45,388 nt of DNA, from the NCBI GenBank assembly GCA_049599895.1, contig JBMYPC010000005.1:1-45388 (forward strand), in the 5' to 3' direction. This DNA comes from Bacteriovoracaceae bacterium (lineage in GTDB: Bacteria; Bdellovibrionota; Bacteriovoracia; Bacteriovoracales; Bacteriovoracaceae). Positions within the stretch are counted from its first letter, which is position 1. Each line of letters starts with the position of its first letter. The notes under the pieces were generated by a model. It searched no databases, had not been told where the DNA came from, and worked only from the letters and a program-made list of their open reading frames with translations. Positions 1 through 9,420 of this stretch are shown one piece after another. A program made the translations under genes and the position numbers.

Positions 1-1536
1 CAAAAATTTGTCGATCAATTCAAAAAAGAAAGAGAGGAACTTTCAAGTCAGTTGAAAAAAGTTAAACCAAAAAAGAAAGTTGCTCCTGCTGTTGTGAAAA
101 AGCCTAAAAAAGTTTTCAAGTCGAAACCTATTGCAAAAAAAGTAAAATCTAAAAGAAGAAAAGCAATAACTCCAACGGTGATGATTGATGAAAAGAACCT
201 TGATTTGAAATTGATTAGAATTTCAAATCTTTTAGATTTTGAAAGAGAGAACTATCTTTCTCTTTTGAAAACAAGTGGAGATCAGAACCTTGTTCAACAA
301 AGCAAGGTTAATATTGAGTATCTAGAGCTTGAGAGAAGTAAAACATCAAAGCTTATTAACATGACTGAAAGAAAGTCTGTAAATGTAGAATCTAAAGAAG
401 TTCAGGCAAAAGCTTTTGACTATAAAGGACACTTCCAATTCAGAACAGAATCAGCTGATAATCAAAAAGGCTCCCAGGGAACAAAGCAATCAGAGCAATC
501 ATTTTTTCGCCTTAGAGCAGACTTCATCTTTAAGAAAAATGAAAACCTAACCTTTCAACTTTCACCCCAAGCAGCTAAAGGCTTTGGTCAGCAAGAAAAT
601 AGTGTCAATACAAGTGGGTCAACGACCCATACCGAAATCGATTTTTACGAAGCAAATTTTGATTATAAGTTGTTCTCATCTCTTTCCATGAAGCTTGGAC
701 GGCAAGCTCTGGCCTACGGTGACCATTTGATTATTGGTTCCCTTCCTTGGGCAAATAATGCGAGAAGCTTTGATGCATTAAAGTTGAAATATAAAAACTC
801 TAAGGGATGGACGGATTTAGTTTATTCAAAAATTTCTGACAATTCTACAGTTGAGGCGAGTACAGATGATACAGATCTTTTTGTTCTTTATAATTCTTAT
901 AACTTCGGGCAATTTTTAAACCCGATAGACCTCTATCTTCTTCATCAAGACAATCGAGGTTCAAGCAATGTCGAAATCAATACACTGGGAATGCGAATTA
1001 AAGGTGGGATTGGAGCTTTTTTCTATCGAACAGAGAATGGTATTCAAAATGGAACAAACGTAGGGGAAAATGCCTATCAAATCAATCTTGAGTTAGGGGC
1101 AAAAATTAAAAAATTCAAACTCTCAACAGAGTATGCACTTGCTGGCGAAGATTATATTCAAATGTATCCTACAGCCCATAAATTTCTTGGTTTTGCCGAT
1201 ATTCTTGGACGAAGAAACATTGAACAATATGCTTTTCATTTTAAAGGACCTATCACTTCATGGCTTAGTTTTCGTACGGACTATCACATCTTTAAAAGAA
1301 ACAAGACCGACAAAGCAGCTTATAGTTTAGGAGGTGTTGCGAGAACCACAAATGGAACTTCTGATGACATCGGAGATGAAATAGATGTGGTTTTAGTCTT
1401 TAAAACGAAAGACTCTCTTAAGTTTCAGTTAGGTGGAGCCTGGTTTATGCCTGGAAAATATATGAAAGAGCAAGATTCTGCGAATCGGGATGAAACCGTT
1501 CGTTTTGTCTATGGTCAAATTAATGGAGCGTTTTAA
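1..1536 (+). CDS. Alginate export family outer-membrane beta-barrel with Lys-rich N-terminal extension; 5'-truncated by window edge
   Basis: Frame is open from base 1 (QKFVDQFKKEREELSSQLKK). Motifs GRQALAYGDHLIIG, WANNARSFDA, YPTAHKFLGFAD, DIGDEID and a C-terminal Phe are typical of the alginate export family. Confidence 0.8.
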   Translation, partial: QKFVDQFKKEREELSSQLKKVKPKKKVAPAVVKKPKKVFKSKPIAKKVKSKRRKAITPTVMIDEKNLDLKLIRISNLLDFERENYLSLLKTSGDQNLVQQSKVNIEYLELERSKTSKLINMTERKSVNVESKEVQAKAFDYKGHFQFRTESADNQKGSQGTKQSEQSFFRLRADFIFKKNENLTFQLSPQAAKGFGQQENSVNTSGSTTHTEIDFYEANFDYKLFSSLSMKLGRQALAYGDHLIIGSLPWANNARSFDALKLKYKNSKGWTDLVYSKISDNSTVEASTDDTDLFVLYNSYNFGQFLNPIDLYLLHQDNRGSSNVEINTLGMRIKGGIGAFFYRTENGIQNGTNVGENAYQINLELGAKIKKFKLSTEYALAGEDYIQMYPTAHKFLGFADILGRRNIEQYAFHFKGPITSWLSFRTDYHIFKRNKTDKAAYSLGGVARTTNGTSDDIGDEIDVVLVFKTKDSLKFQLGGAWFMPGKYMKEQDSANRDETVRFVYGQINGAF

Positions 1537-1601
1537 CTAGGTCTAGATGAGTCTATTTGTAATAAAAGGGAAATAAGAATTAAAGGCATAGAGATCGTTG
1601 C

Positions 1602-1627
1602 AGGCGAAGCTTTAAAAGGCTTTGCCT
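1602..1627 (+). terminator. Possible intrinsic terminator hairpin
   Basis: AGGCGAAGC-N8-GCTTTGCCT 9-bp stem (one G-U pair) 65 nt after the porin stop; U-tract is weak. Confidence 0.3.
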
Positions 1628-1732
1628 TGGTTTAAAAGTCCGTGTCAATTTACACAAGATATTTGACAGTACCTCCATTTGGTCAAAGTCTTGGATATTT
1701 TCGTTAAGTTGATTTTAGGTGGTGGCCCACTG

Positions 1733-1983
1733 TTACAAGTAGTCGAACCACAGTCGCAACGACATGTGGGGCATGAATGAAGCAAAATATGCGATGTTTG
1801 AAAGCCACGAAACTATGCTTAAATTACCTCGTTGCATCCAACCTGCCGTCAGACAAATAATTCCAAAAAAGTTTCCATTTCCATAAAAAACTTCACCGTT
1901 GTCGAGTTGCGATTGAAATGCCGGAGTTGCTAGACTTACTAGATAAAGGACTATGCTAAGTTTCTTGAGATATATTTTTTCAT
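1733..1983 (-). pseudogene. Frameshifted small membrane protein gene remnant
   Basis: ATG at 1983 gives MKKYISRNLA*. One extra A in the A6 run (1975-1980) gives MKKIYLKKLSIVLYLVSLATPAFQ...GIICLTAGW...VSWLSNIAYFASF...*, a hydrophobic, protein-like frame. Confidence 0.45.
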
Positions 1984-2109
1984 ATTATTTAAATGAATCA
2001 GCTTTTTAGCACTAATGTGAAAAGACTCCCTTTTTACAACCTATCCTCTTGAAATATCTGAAAAACTTAAAAAAAGTTCTCAAAATATTGGTTCGAGGAC
2101 TTGTAATAA

Positions 2110-2195
2110 TGGTGCCGGAGAAGGGACTTGAACCCCCACGATGTTGCCATCGGCGGATTTTGAATCCGCTGCGTCTACCATTCCGCCACTCCGGC
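2110..2195 (-). tRNA. tRNA-Leu (anticodon CAA)
   Basis: GCCGGAGTGGCGGAATGGTAGACGCAGCGGATT-CAA-AATCCGCCGATGGCAACATCGTGGGGGTTCAAGTCCCTTCTCCGGCACCA: acceptor stem, D loop, anticodon stem GCGGA/TCCGC, long variable arm, TTC loop and encoded CCA. Confidence 0.97.
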
Positions 2196-2369
2196 TCGTT
2201 ATAAATTGTTTTACCAATTCAAGTCTAAATCATTTAAAAAGTTTTGTTATATTAATAACTTGTTTAACTTTTTCTAGTGGTAATCGTAATTATGAAATTC
2301 TTTTACCAATTCACCGATTTAATTAATCATTATAATCACTTGGACCACAGATTCTTAAAGTTCGGTTTC

Positions 2370-2407
2370 TTTTGAATCTGCTGCGTTTACCATTGCGCCA
2401 CTCCGGC
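2370..2407 (-). repeat. Degenerate direct copy of the 5' half of the tRNA-Leu gene (att-like fragment)
   Basis: 35/38 identical to 2158-2195; similarity stops at the anticodon loop. Confidence 0.9.
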
Positions 2408-2571
2408 AAAAGAACTTCTATTGTAGTTCAAACCAGTGTAGTAGTCCGCCCGATGCACTAAAACTTTCCTTGAAACTTTTATTGCAGGTCGGTCTGCCAC
2501 CCCAGCACTTGGAGTAATGAAGAACATACCATCACTTCAGAGGTTTTTACTAGGTATTAACGCTCCGCCCT

Positions 2572-3837
2572 TCAAAAAAACTGCTGAACCCCAAAACTCA
2601 CATGGTTATCATCGTTCTTTTTCAAAGGCTCCGCATAATCCAGTCGCAAGATGAAGCGATAGAATTTAGGTAAGGTGACTCTTAAACCAAGACCAGTACT
2701 GGCACCGTTCATGGAAGTGAAATTCTTAATCCTCTCAGCGGTATTGATGAGATCTAAAAAGGCCACGGTTTGAAACACAAAGTTCTCATTGCCCCAGAGG
2801 TAATAGCGAAACTCTGAATTATTGAGCCAGGCATACTTTCCTGAAAAACGATTGTCCGCAAAACCTCGTATGCGATCAAGTCCGCCGAGATAATACCAAA
2901 ATTGTAAAATATTAGTATCAGTTGCTCCAATAAGAGTGCGGATGGCCAATTGGTGTCTTTTCCCAAGAATTTTAAAATACTCGTTACTTAAGTCAAATTG
3001 CAAAAAGTCTTTCGTCGATGCACCTTCTGAAAAACCACGGCGAAGTGAAAGTCTTAAAGTGTCACCTTGTTTTAAAAACTGGTCATGAAAGACTTCGCCA
3101 TAGTTTATATGGGCCCCTAAAAAATGAACTTTGGTACTTGGGGGAAGACCTTCTGATGAAACTGTATCTCTGGCTTCAAGTGGAATAAGCTCACTTGAAA
3201 ACTCATCGTAATTATACTCATAAGCGCCTTCGAGATTGAGTTTTTCAGAGAGATATCTGTTATAGGCAAAGTAGATCTTTTGCTTTTTTTGAAGAAAACC
3301 AGTCTTCACAATAGGATCATCAGGTTGTTGGAAGTACTTAGTTCTCAGACGATCAATTTTCCAGAGTTGAAAGTTAAGACCTTGCTTTTCACCATTGAGT
3401 CTCGGCTTTTTAAACCAAACAACTCCAGAGTCAGTATCTTCTAGTTTTTGGTATTGGGCCCCAAGTTCCGTTAATCTACCAAAAACATTAGGGTCATAAA
3501 CACCAACAGTTGTTTGATTAACATCTCCTCCTGAAGAAAACTTTAAAACGGGGATTGTCGTCCACTTTTCTTTCAGAGTGATAATGACGTCATTATTTGT
3601 TTTCGATTTACGAACTTGGGCAAAGGAAAAAAGGTTGAGGTTTTTAAGTTTTTGTTGAGAGTCCTTTATCTGATCCTCAGAGACCTTTGTCCCTTCTTTG
3701 AATCCAATCTCATCTAAGATAACATCTTTTTGTGTTCGGTTGTTTCCTTCAATTTGAATTTGATTGACGATAAAGCTTTCTGCTAAGCTTTGAGATGTAA
3801 AAAAAAGGCAGAGGATTAAGAATAGACTGTTTTTCAT
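2572..3837 (-). CDS. Omp85 (BamA/TamA) family outer-membrane protein with one POTRA domain
   Basis: Signal peptide, POTRA (IQIEGNNRTQKDVI...LKNLNLFS), LGGLDRIRGF loop motif, C-terminal QQFF. Confidence 0.85.
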   Translation of the reverse strand: MKNSLFLILCLFFTSQSLAESFIVNQIQIEGNNRTQKDVILDEIGFKEGTKVSEDQIKDSQQKLKNLNLFSFAQVRKSKTNNDVIITLKEKWTTIPVLKFSSGGDVNQTTVGVYDPNVFGRLTELGAQYQKLEDTDSGVVWFKKPRLNGEKQGLNFQLWKIDRLRTKYFQQPDDPIVKTGFLQKKQKIYFAYNRYLSEKLNLEGAYEYNYDEFSSELIPLEARDTVSSEGLPPSTKVHFLGAHINYGEVFHDQFLKQGDTLRLSLRRGFSEGASTKDFLQFDLSNEYFKILGKRHQLAIRTLIGATDTNILQFWYYLGGLDRIRGFADNRFSGKYAWLNNSEFRYYLWGNENFVFQTVAFLDLINTAERIKNFTSMNGASTGLGLRVTLPKFYRFILRLDYAEPLKKNDDNHVSFGVQQFF

Positions 3838-4478
3838 TTTACAAGATTGATCTTTTCTAGAGAGACTTTAAACTTCGAGTCAGTATCATCGCCATCACTG
3901 CTAATCCAAATCGCAAGAACGTTTTTTGAGCTATCGATTTTTGTTTGGAACTGGAAAGTCCCGTCTTCTTTTAATGCGATCTTAAAGTTTTCTTTGATTA
4001 AATCAGATGCAGGATGCTCTCGGTTTTTGTCTTTAAGACTTTGATCAGTATAAGTATTATAAAAAACAATTCGATCAATTCCTGTTCCATCTTTATTTAA
4101 ATCAAAAAGAGTTTTCACCCAACTCGGAGCAGCGATTCTTTGAAAGAAGTTTAAAGTTTGATCTCCTTCATAGACAAGACCAATTCTAAAGAGGAAGTCG
4201 TCATTTCCTTTTGAGCCTTGAGGCGTCTTTTTAATATTGAGTTTGCCTTGAACTTTCCCTTCGACTTGGAGCTCTTTAAACTGTCCTTTTGAATCGAGAG
4301 GAAAAATTACGGGACTCGCGGATTTGTCTACACCAATATGCATCTGATTATTGTTGAACTGAATTTCATTGGGAGGTAGTTTTGAATATTTCAGGATTTG
4401 CCACTTGTTCTCAACGAGTGGAACCTCTAAGGAAAAACACGGTAAAGAAAATAAAAGTGTAAATAAAAAGATTTTCAT
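3834..4478 (-). CDS. Secreted hypothetical protein, DUF3047-like
   Basis: Signal peptide; KGNDDFLFRIGLVY and IWISSDGDDT resemble DUF3047; 4-nt overlap with the Omp85 gene. Confidence 0.55.
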   Translation of the reverse strand: MKIFLFTLLFSLPCFSLEVPLVENKWQILKYSKLPPNEIQFNNNQMHIGVDKSASPVIFPLDSKGQFKELQVEGKVQGKLNIKKTPQGSKGNDDFLFRIGLVYEGDQTLNFFQRIAAPSWVKTLFDLNKDGTGIDRIVFYNTYTDQSLKDKNREHPASDLIKENFKIALKEDGTFQFQTKIDSSKNVLAIWISSDGDDTDSKFKVSLEKINLVK

Positions 4479-4559
4479 AGAATTTTGATATCTCGATAAG
4501 GTTTTACTGACTAGAGGTTAATCTTATTAACTTCCAAGGTAAATAAATTTTAAGAGATT

Positions 4560-5513
4560 CTAAGAAATTCTAAGAAGGTCTAAGGTATCTTCAGTGTTAA
4601 ATTGGAAGATATCCTCACCCAAGATCTTAATGATTTCAGAGTTGTCGATAATACTTGAGAACTTGAGGTAATCGATAAGGTAGTCAGGAAATCTCCAGAT
4701 CGGTGTGCTGACGAGACTAGAAAGTCCTTCCAATAAAAATGAGGGCGTTGGGAGGTAGTTTTCTCCGACTAAGCCTTTAGCCTTTTTGATAGAAATTGTC
4801 TCAGAAGGTGCAACATTGTAGACACCTGTAGGAACCTTTTCGATGGTCTCAAAAAGAATGTTCGCCATATCGTATTCATGGATGAATTGAAACATGGGAT
4901 TAAAGTCAATAGGGAGTGGGACCAGGGGGGTTGAAAGATAGCGGCTAATTGTATTCTTAACCTGAGGGCCGATAATATTGCATGGCCTTAGAATAACAGT
5001 TTGAATTTCTTCTTTATTCTTCCACATCCAATTTGTTGAAATATGATCCATTTCAACAACATCTCTTAGATCGGGATATTTAATACTCGCTCGCAGAGGA
5101 GAGTCTTCGGTAAGATAAACGGGGTTGTCTGCAAGTGCACCATAAACATGATAGGTGCTTAGGATCACAACTTTTTTAGTATTATGCTTTAAAGACAGAT
5201 TGAGAATGTTTTGAGTTCCAATGATGTTTTGGTCTAATCTCGTCGCAATAAGACTTTTAGAGTTTTGAACATGGCTGATTCGTCCAAGGTGAAAGACTGT
5301 ATCAAATTCATTTTGCCTAAAGAGTCTTTCAAAGTTGTTTCGAGTATAGCGAACTCTCTTGTAGTGAATATTGGGACTTTCAAGGCGGTCTTCTATGGTT
5401 CGACTGTCAATGGCCGTGATTTCAAAATTATTTTTTTGGCGACTAATAAGATTAATAAGAATCTTTGCTAATCCTCCAGCTGCTCCAATGATGAGAATTC
5501 TTTGTTTACTCAT
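4560..5513 (-). CDS. NAD-dependent epimerase/dehydratase (extended SDR)
   Basis: IIGAAGGLA Rossmann motif, NIIGTQNIL, STYHVYGA, LRPCNIIGP, QFIHEYD. Confidence 0.85.
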   Translation of the reverse strand: MSKQRILIIGAAGGLAKILINLISRQKNNFEITAIDSRTIEDRLESPNIHYKRVRYTRNNFERLFRQNEFDTVFHLGRISHVQNSKSLIATRLDQNIIGTQNILNLSLKHNTKKVVILSTYHVYGALADNPVYLTEDSPLRASIKYPDLRDVVEMDHISTNWMWKNKEEIQTVILRPCNIIGPQVKNTISRYLSTPLVPLPIDFNPMFQFIHEYDMANILFETIEKVPTGVYNVAPSETISIKKAKGLVGENYLPTPSFLLEGLSSLVSTPIWRFPDYLIDYLKFSSIIDNSEIIKILGEDIFQFNTEDTLDLLRIS

Positions 5514-6358
5514 TCGAGTAGCCCCTTGATGTTACTAAGGAGGTCTCGTTTGTGATTCAACCCATTTTTAATGAGTTCTTTAGTGGCGTCTTCAACTTTT
5601 GCCACTTGCTCATTAATAATTTCATCAGGAGTATCGAGATCAATTGTGGGATCAACTTCTATTGGTTCTCCAATCCAAATATCAACAGGCGAGGGAAGAG
5701 GAACATAGTTGGCAGAGATAGGTAGTGCTGGAAGACCTAAGCTTTTGGCAAGACCTTTGGCTTGATAAACGTAGGGAAAAAATTCTTCAGCACCAATGAC
5801 GGCAACTGGAAGGATTTTAACTTTTGCTTGAGAAGAAAGCCTATAAAAGCCTGAAGTAAACTTTTGCAGCTCATAGTATTCAGAAGTGCTTTTAGCAACT
5901 CCTCTTACTCCTTCAGGAAAAACGAGAATGGATTGTTTTCGACTGAGGAGGTTTAAGCAGTTTTGCCGATCTCCAAGAACTGCGCCACCTTCACTGGCCC
6001 AAGCACCAACGAATGGAATCTTCATAAAAAATCTTTCCACCATAGATCTGAGAACTCTTGGAGGAAAAATATCATGGGCGAAGGCCATGGTGATTAACAT
6101 TCCATCAATCGCGATTTGACCTGAGTGGTTTGAGACGACCATATAAGTTTCGTCTCGTACGTTCTCTTTGCCGTGGACTTGAACTCGAAAATAGTTTTTA
6201 TAAAAAGGCAGTATGTAACTCATACTTTTTTTGGCCTTTTTTAAATTGAGACCCCAGGCGTCTTCTCCACTTGGATAGACAGTTTTAAGGTGCTCGAAAA
6301 TTTCATCGAATTCGCTTGTTGAGCCCGGAGAAAATTTTGAAAGCCAACGTTTCAGCAT
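5510..6358 (-). CDS. Lysophospholipid acyltransferase family protein
   Basis: VSNHSGQIAID block I and FPEG block III motifs. Confidence 0.88.
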   Translation of the reverse strand: MLKRWLSKFSPGSTSEFDEIFEHLKTVYPSGEDAWGLNLKKAKKSMSYILPFYKNYFRVQVHGKENVRDETYMVVSNHSGQIAIDGMLITMAFAHDIFPPRVLRSMVERFFMKIPFVGAWASEGGAVLGDRQNCLNLLSRKQSILVFPEGVRGVAKSTSEYYELQKFTSGFYRLSSQAKVKILPVAVIGAEEFFPYVYQAKGLAKSLGLPALPISANYVPLPSPVDIWIGEPIEVDPTIDLDTPDEIINEQVAKVEDATKELIKNGLNHKRDLLSNIKGLLE

Positions 6359-6482
6359 GGTCTTCTAACCTTTTGATTTTAAAAGATTTTACCATGTTAC
6401 CTGATTGACCCGAACCATGGTATACTGTGGGCAAATTTTTTATGCTTATTTTCGGTATATTTGTAATAGGGGCGGAGGAATA

Positions 6483-6833
6483 ATGAATCAACAGGTCAAT
6501 TGGAAGCGCAAAGTTCGCAAAGTTGTCGTTGATTGCCAAAACGAGATCAAAAGAACAACTCAAATTGGTAAAAAAATGCTCAATGCCTCAAAGACGAATA
6601 CAAATCTTCGCGATGCCTACGAAGAGCTTGGTCAATTAGTCGAAAAAGAGATGAGCGAAGGGCGCCTTGAGTGGAATAACGAAAGGGTTCAAGAGCTTTT
6701 ACTTATGACGAGAGCTTGTCGAAGTGATTTAGATGCCATTGAAGGAGAGATGAATAAAATACGTTTCTCTCCTGCTCCAGATATAATCGACCCCAATTCA
6801 GGGCCAATAAAAAAAGAGAATGAAGACTCTTAG
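6483..6833 (+). CDS. Hypothetical coiled-coil protein
   Basis: ATG at 6483 follows GGAGG; helical, charged sequence. Confidence 0.7.
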   Translation: MNQQVNWKRKVRKVVVDCQNEIKRTTQIGKKMLNASKTNTNLRDAYEELGQLVEKEMSEGRLEWNNERVQELLLMTRACRSDLDAIEGEMNKIRFSPAPDIIDPNSGPIKKENEDS

Positions 6834-6838
6834 ATCAT

Positions 6839-7474
6839 CTAGCTTAAAAGACTCATAAGGTATTCTTCAAGTTTATCAACATTCAATCCTGATTCAGCTG
6901 AAACCTTAAGAGTTCTACCGTACTGAGTGATAGTCTCTTTTTTCGCCTTGAGGGTTTTATCAAGAAGGGCACGGTCTTTTTGTCTTTTTAGCTTATCAAA
7001 CTTATTCATCAGAAGCAGACTTCGTCCTTGATTGCGTTCAATAAAACTTAAAAACTCATCATCAATTTTAGTGAAGGGATGTCTTGAATCTTGAATATGA
7101 ATAACAAGAGCATTGGGAGGAAGCCTAAAAAAGAACTCATTAAATATTTGATCCCATTTCTTTTTCATCTCTTTACTGACTTTGGCGTGACCAAAGCCTG
7201 GAAGGTCGATGAAGAAAAAGTCCTTTTCTTCTGTTTGAGCGGTTTTAAAGTTAAAGAGGTTAAGACTTTGAGTTCTTCCTGGTGTGTTTGAAGTCTTTGC
7301 TAGCTTTTTTCCGTAAAGAGCATTGATAAGAGAACTTTTTCCGACATTCGAGCGACCAACAAAAATAAAGAAAGTATCTTCTTCTCCAAGTTTTTGGTAA
7401 AGATCGTCAAGGTGCTCGATTTCTTCATAAGGGCGGACAAAACCCGCATTTCTAAATAGCTTCTTAGGATTCAT
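6839..7474 (-). CDS. yihA: Ribosome biogenesis GTP-binding protein YihA/YsxC (EngB)
   Basis: G1 GRSNVGKSS, G2 TPGRTQ, G3 DLPGFG, G4 NKFD, G5 VSA. Confidence 0.93.
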   Translation of the reverse strand: MNPKKLFRNAGFVRPYEEIEHLDDLYQKLGEEDTFFIFVGRSNVGKSSLINALYGKKLAKTSNTPGRTQSLNLFNFKTAQTEEKDFFFIDLPGFGHAKVSKEMKKKWDQIFNEFFFRLPPNALVIHIQDSRHPFTKIDDEFLSFIERNQGRSLLLMNKFDKLKRQKDRALLDKTLKAKKETITQYGRTLKVSAESGLNVDKLEEYLMSLLS

Positions 7475-7533
7475 AGGCCAAACATAGATGAGAGGATGAG
7501 TTTAGGCAAGTGATCTCAATAAAGATGAAGGGA

Positions 7534-8418
7534 TTACCCTGAAATGATTGATCGGATGCGAACTTCTTCGACTTTTCCTTTAATTTTAAGGTCTTTGATC
7601 AGATTATTGAGCTCTGCTTGAATCTTATCCTTAATGATCTTTTTGCCTTCTTCTTCTAATGGGAATTCAGGCACGATAGGTTCTATTTTACTATTGAAAA
7701 CGTCCATAACCAGATGGTGATTATTACTTAAATAGTTTCTTGTGTACTTATTTGAAGTGGTAATCGTGACATCTAATCTTAGCATCTTAATACCAGAAGC
7801 TTTTTCAATATAAACAGGGAAATTCACAGAATTAACAGAAAAGGTCTTTTCATATTTTCTGTAATAGCTAGGTCTTGGGTTTTTATAAACCGGTTTAACA
7901 CTTGCTGGTTCTCTACCGTATTCAGTGTTTTCCCAGTATTTATTTGAAAGATACATAAGGGCAACTGAAAGAGGAATAATAAGGAAACCTCCCCACATGA
8001 CAAACGATTCGCTGTCTGAAGGAAAGGGATTGATCTTGGAAAAGATGAATTTTAAAAAATCGAGAGGACGTTTTCTTAGCTCTCTTAGACCTTCTAGGAT
8101 AATCGCTTTGTACTGAACCTCTTTCCATTTAATCTCTTTCACTCTAGCGAGAAGGGCCTTTATCTTTTCAACCCTTTCCAAACTCTTTGTTTTAAGGCCA
8201 AGTGCTTTCTCTTTGCTTTGAGTTTTAATTTGTTCGACTTTTTGGGGGAGCCAGGTCTTGAAGTTCTCTTTTTTTAATAAAAACTTTTCTTTGATCTTTT
8301 GGTAGTAGGACTTAACTTTTGTGGGAATGAGTTTCCTCAATAAAGAAAAGAATTTGGTGATAAGCCAAAGGATTCCTTGGTTTAATTTCTTTTCTAATGT
8401 TGGCCACTTTTTTAACAT
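7534..8418 (-). CDS. Membrane protein with C-terminal FliL-like domain
   Basis: Lys-rich N-terminus, one TM segment (VMWGGFLIIPLSVALMYL), tail EEGKKIIKDKIQAELNNLI..KGKVEEVRI resembling FliL. Confidence 0.6.
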   Translation of the reverse strand: MLKKWPTLEKKLNQGILWLITKFFSLLRKLIPTKVKSYYQKIKEKFLLKKENFKTWLPQKVEQIKTQSKEKALGLKTKSLERVEKIKALLARVKEIKWKEVQYKAIILEGLRELRKRPLDFLKFIFSKINPFPSDSESFVMWGGFLIIPLSVALMYLSNKYWENTEYGREPASVKPVYKNPRPSYYRKYEKTFSVNSVNFPVYIEKASGIKMLRLDVTITTSNKYTRNYLSNNHHLVMDVFNSKIEPIVPEFPLEEEGKKIIKDKIQAELNNLIKDLKIKGKVEEVRIRSIISG

Positions 8419-8437
8419 AAGTTCCTCTACTTAAGTC

Positions 8438-8464
8438 TTATCGCCTTTCTGGAGCGATGACTGG
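8438..8464 (-). promoter_or_regulatory. Candidate sigma-28 (FliA) promoter
   Basis: CCAG-N15-GGCGATAA versus consensus TAAA-N15-GCCGATAA, upstream of the FliL-like gene. Confidence 0.35.
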
Positions 8465-8531
8465 AGTGAGATTACCGAGTAAAGGCCTGTGGGCAATTCT
8501 TTCCTCTAAATAAAGAGAAAGACTAATTCTT

Positions 8532-8558
8532 TGAGCTTCATTTTCTCTAGATCGATAA
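8532..8558 (+). promoter_or_regulatory. Candidate sigma-28 (FliA) promoter
   Basis: TGAG-N15-ATCGATAA upstream of the 8595 lipoprotein gene. Confidence 0.3.
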
Positions 8559-8594
8559 GTGGGTTGAGCTGATTTCAAGACAAGGACTGGATTT

Positions 8595-9284
8595 ATGAAG
8601 CTACCACTATTAATCTTTTTTTCCACGCAACTTATTTCTTGTTCTCTTATATTGCCCGATCGGTCATTTATTGATGAAATGGATCGTGATTCCGATGGGT
8701 TGTGGGTACCAGGAGAGGATTTTCCTGTTGCGGCAGGTGATTCTGGGCAGCTCTATAGAGACCATGATGAAATCAGTAAAAGAACTCCGGCAACGGCCTA
8801 TGAAAGAAGACGGATGCAGGAAGAGAGTCATCTTCGCCAAGAGCTTAAAACTCTTGAGAGGAGACTCACTGAGGATCAGTACAAAAAATACATAATCGAC
8901 CGACAAGATCTTCCGACAGTGTCGGATAAAATTTATTACCTTCGTATGAATGCAGGTCAAAGAGAAGATTATATGGCCTCGCGTCGTGGTTTCACTGGTA
9001 ATGTTGGCTCTTCCAGGTCTTATGGTCGATATCCAGCGAGTATAAGAAGCGGCTATAAAAAACAGTACGATGAGTATAATCCCGTAAATATTTGGAAAGT
9101 GGGCAAAGACATTAGTCAGGGCATGGATAAAGTAACTGTCAGGCAGATAATGGGAAGCCCAAGCCGAATTGATGTTGCAGGGAATCCAAACTATGAAAAT
9201 GAGCGTTGGACTTATCTTAAAAATGGAAAACCTCACTATATTTACTTTGAGGGTGGGAGAGTTCAGGGCTGGGTCATGAACTAA
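8595..9284 (+). CDS. Lipoprotein with C-terminal BamE/SmpA-like domain
   Basis: Lipobox LISC; GMDKVTVRQIMGSP...ERWTY...IYFEGGRV. Confidence 0.7.
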   Translation: MKLPLLIFFSTQLISCSLILPDRSFIDEMDRDSDGLWVPGEDFPVAAGDSGQLYRDHDEISKRTPATAYERRRMQEESHLRQELKTLERRLTEDQYKKYIIDRQDLPTVSDKIYYLRMNAGQREDYMASRRGFTGNVGSSRSYGRYPASIRSGYKKQYDEYNPVNIWKVGKDISQGMDKVTVRQIMGSPSRIDVAGNPNYENERWTYLKNGKPHYIYFEGGRVQGWVMN

Positions 9285-9420
9285 GATTAAACTCTTTCAA
9301 ATCCTACTCTTTTCAAGCTTTTAAGCTCATTCACTCCATGCTATTGTAACAAATATTTTTTAATTATTGCCCCTAGTCATATCTAGGCTCACTTCAAATG
9401 TGATTATCAGGGAGTAGACC

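Noticed and set aside
2141..2326. 61-aa plus-strand ORF
   Set aside because: Begins antisense within the tRNA-Leu gene and has no protein-like features.
6405..6482. Upstream TTG start of the 6405 ORF
   Set aside because: ATG at 6483 has a GGAGG SD; the extension occupies the divergent promoter region.
8664..9236. 190-aa minus-strand ORF
   Set aside because: Entirely antisense to the lipoprotein gene; a shadow frame without motifs.
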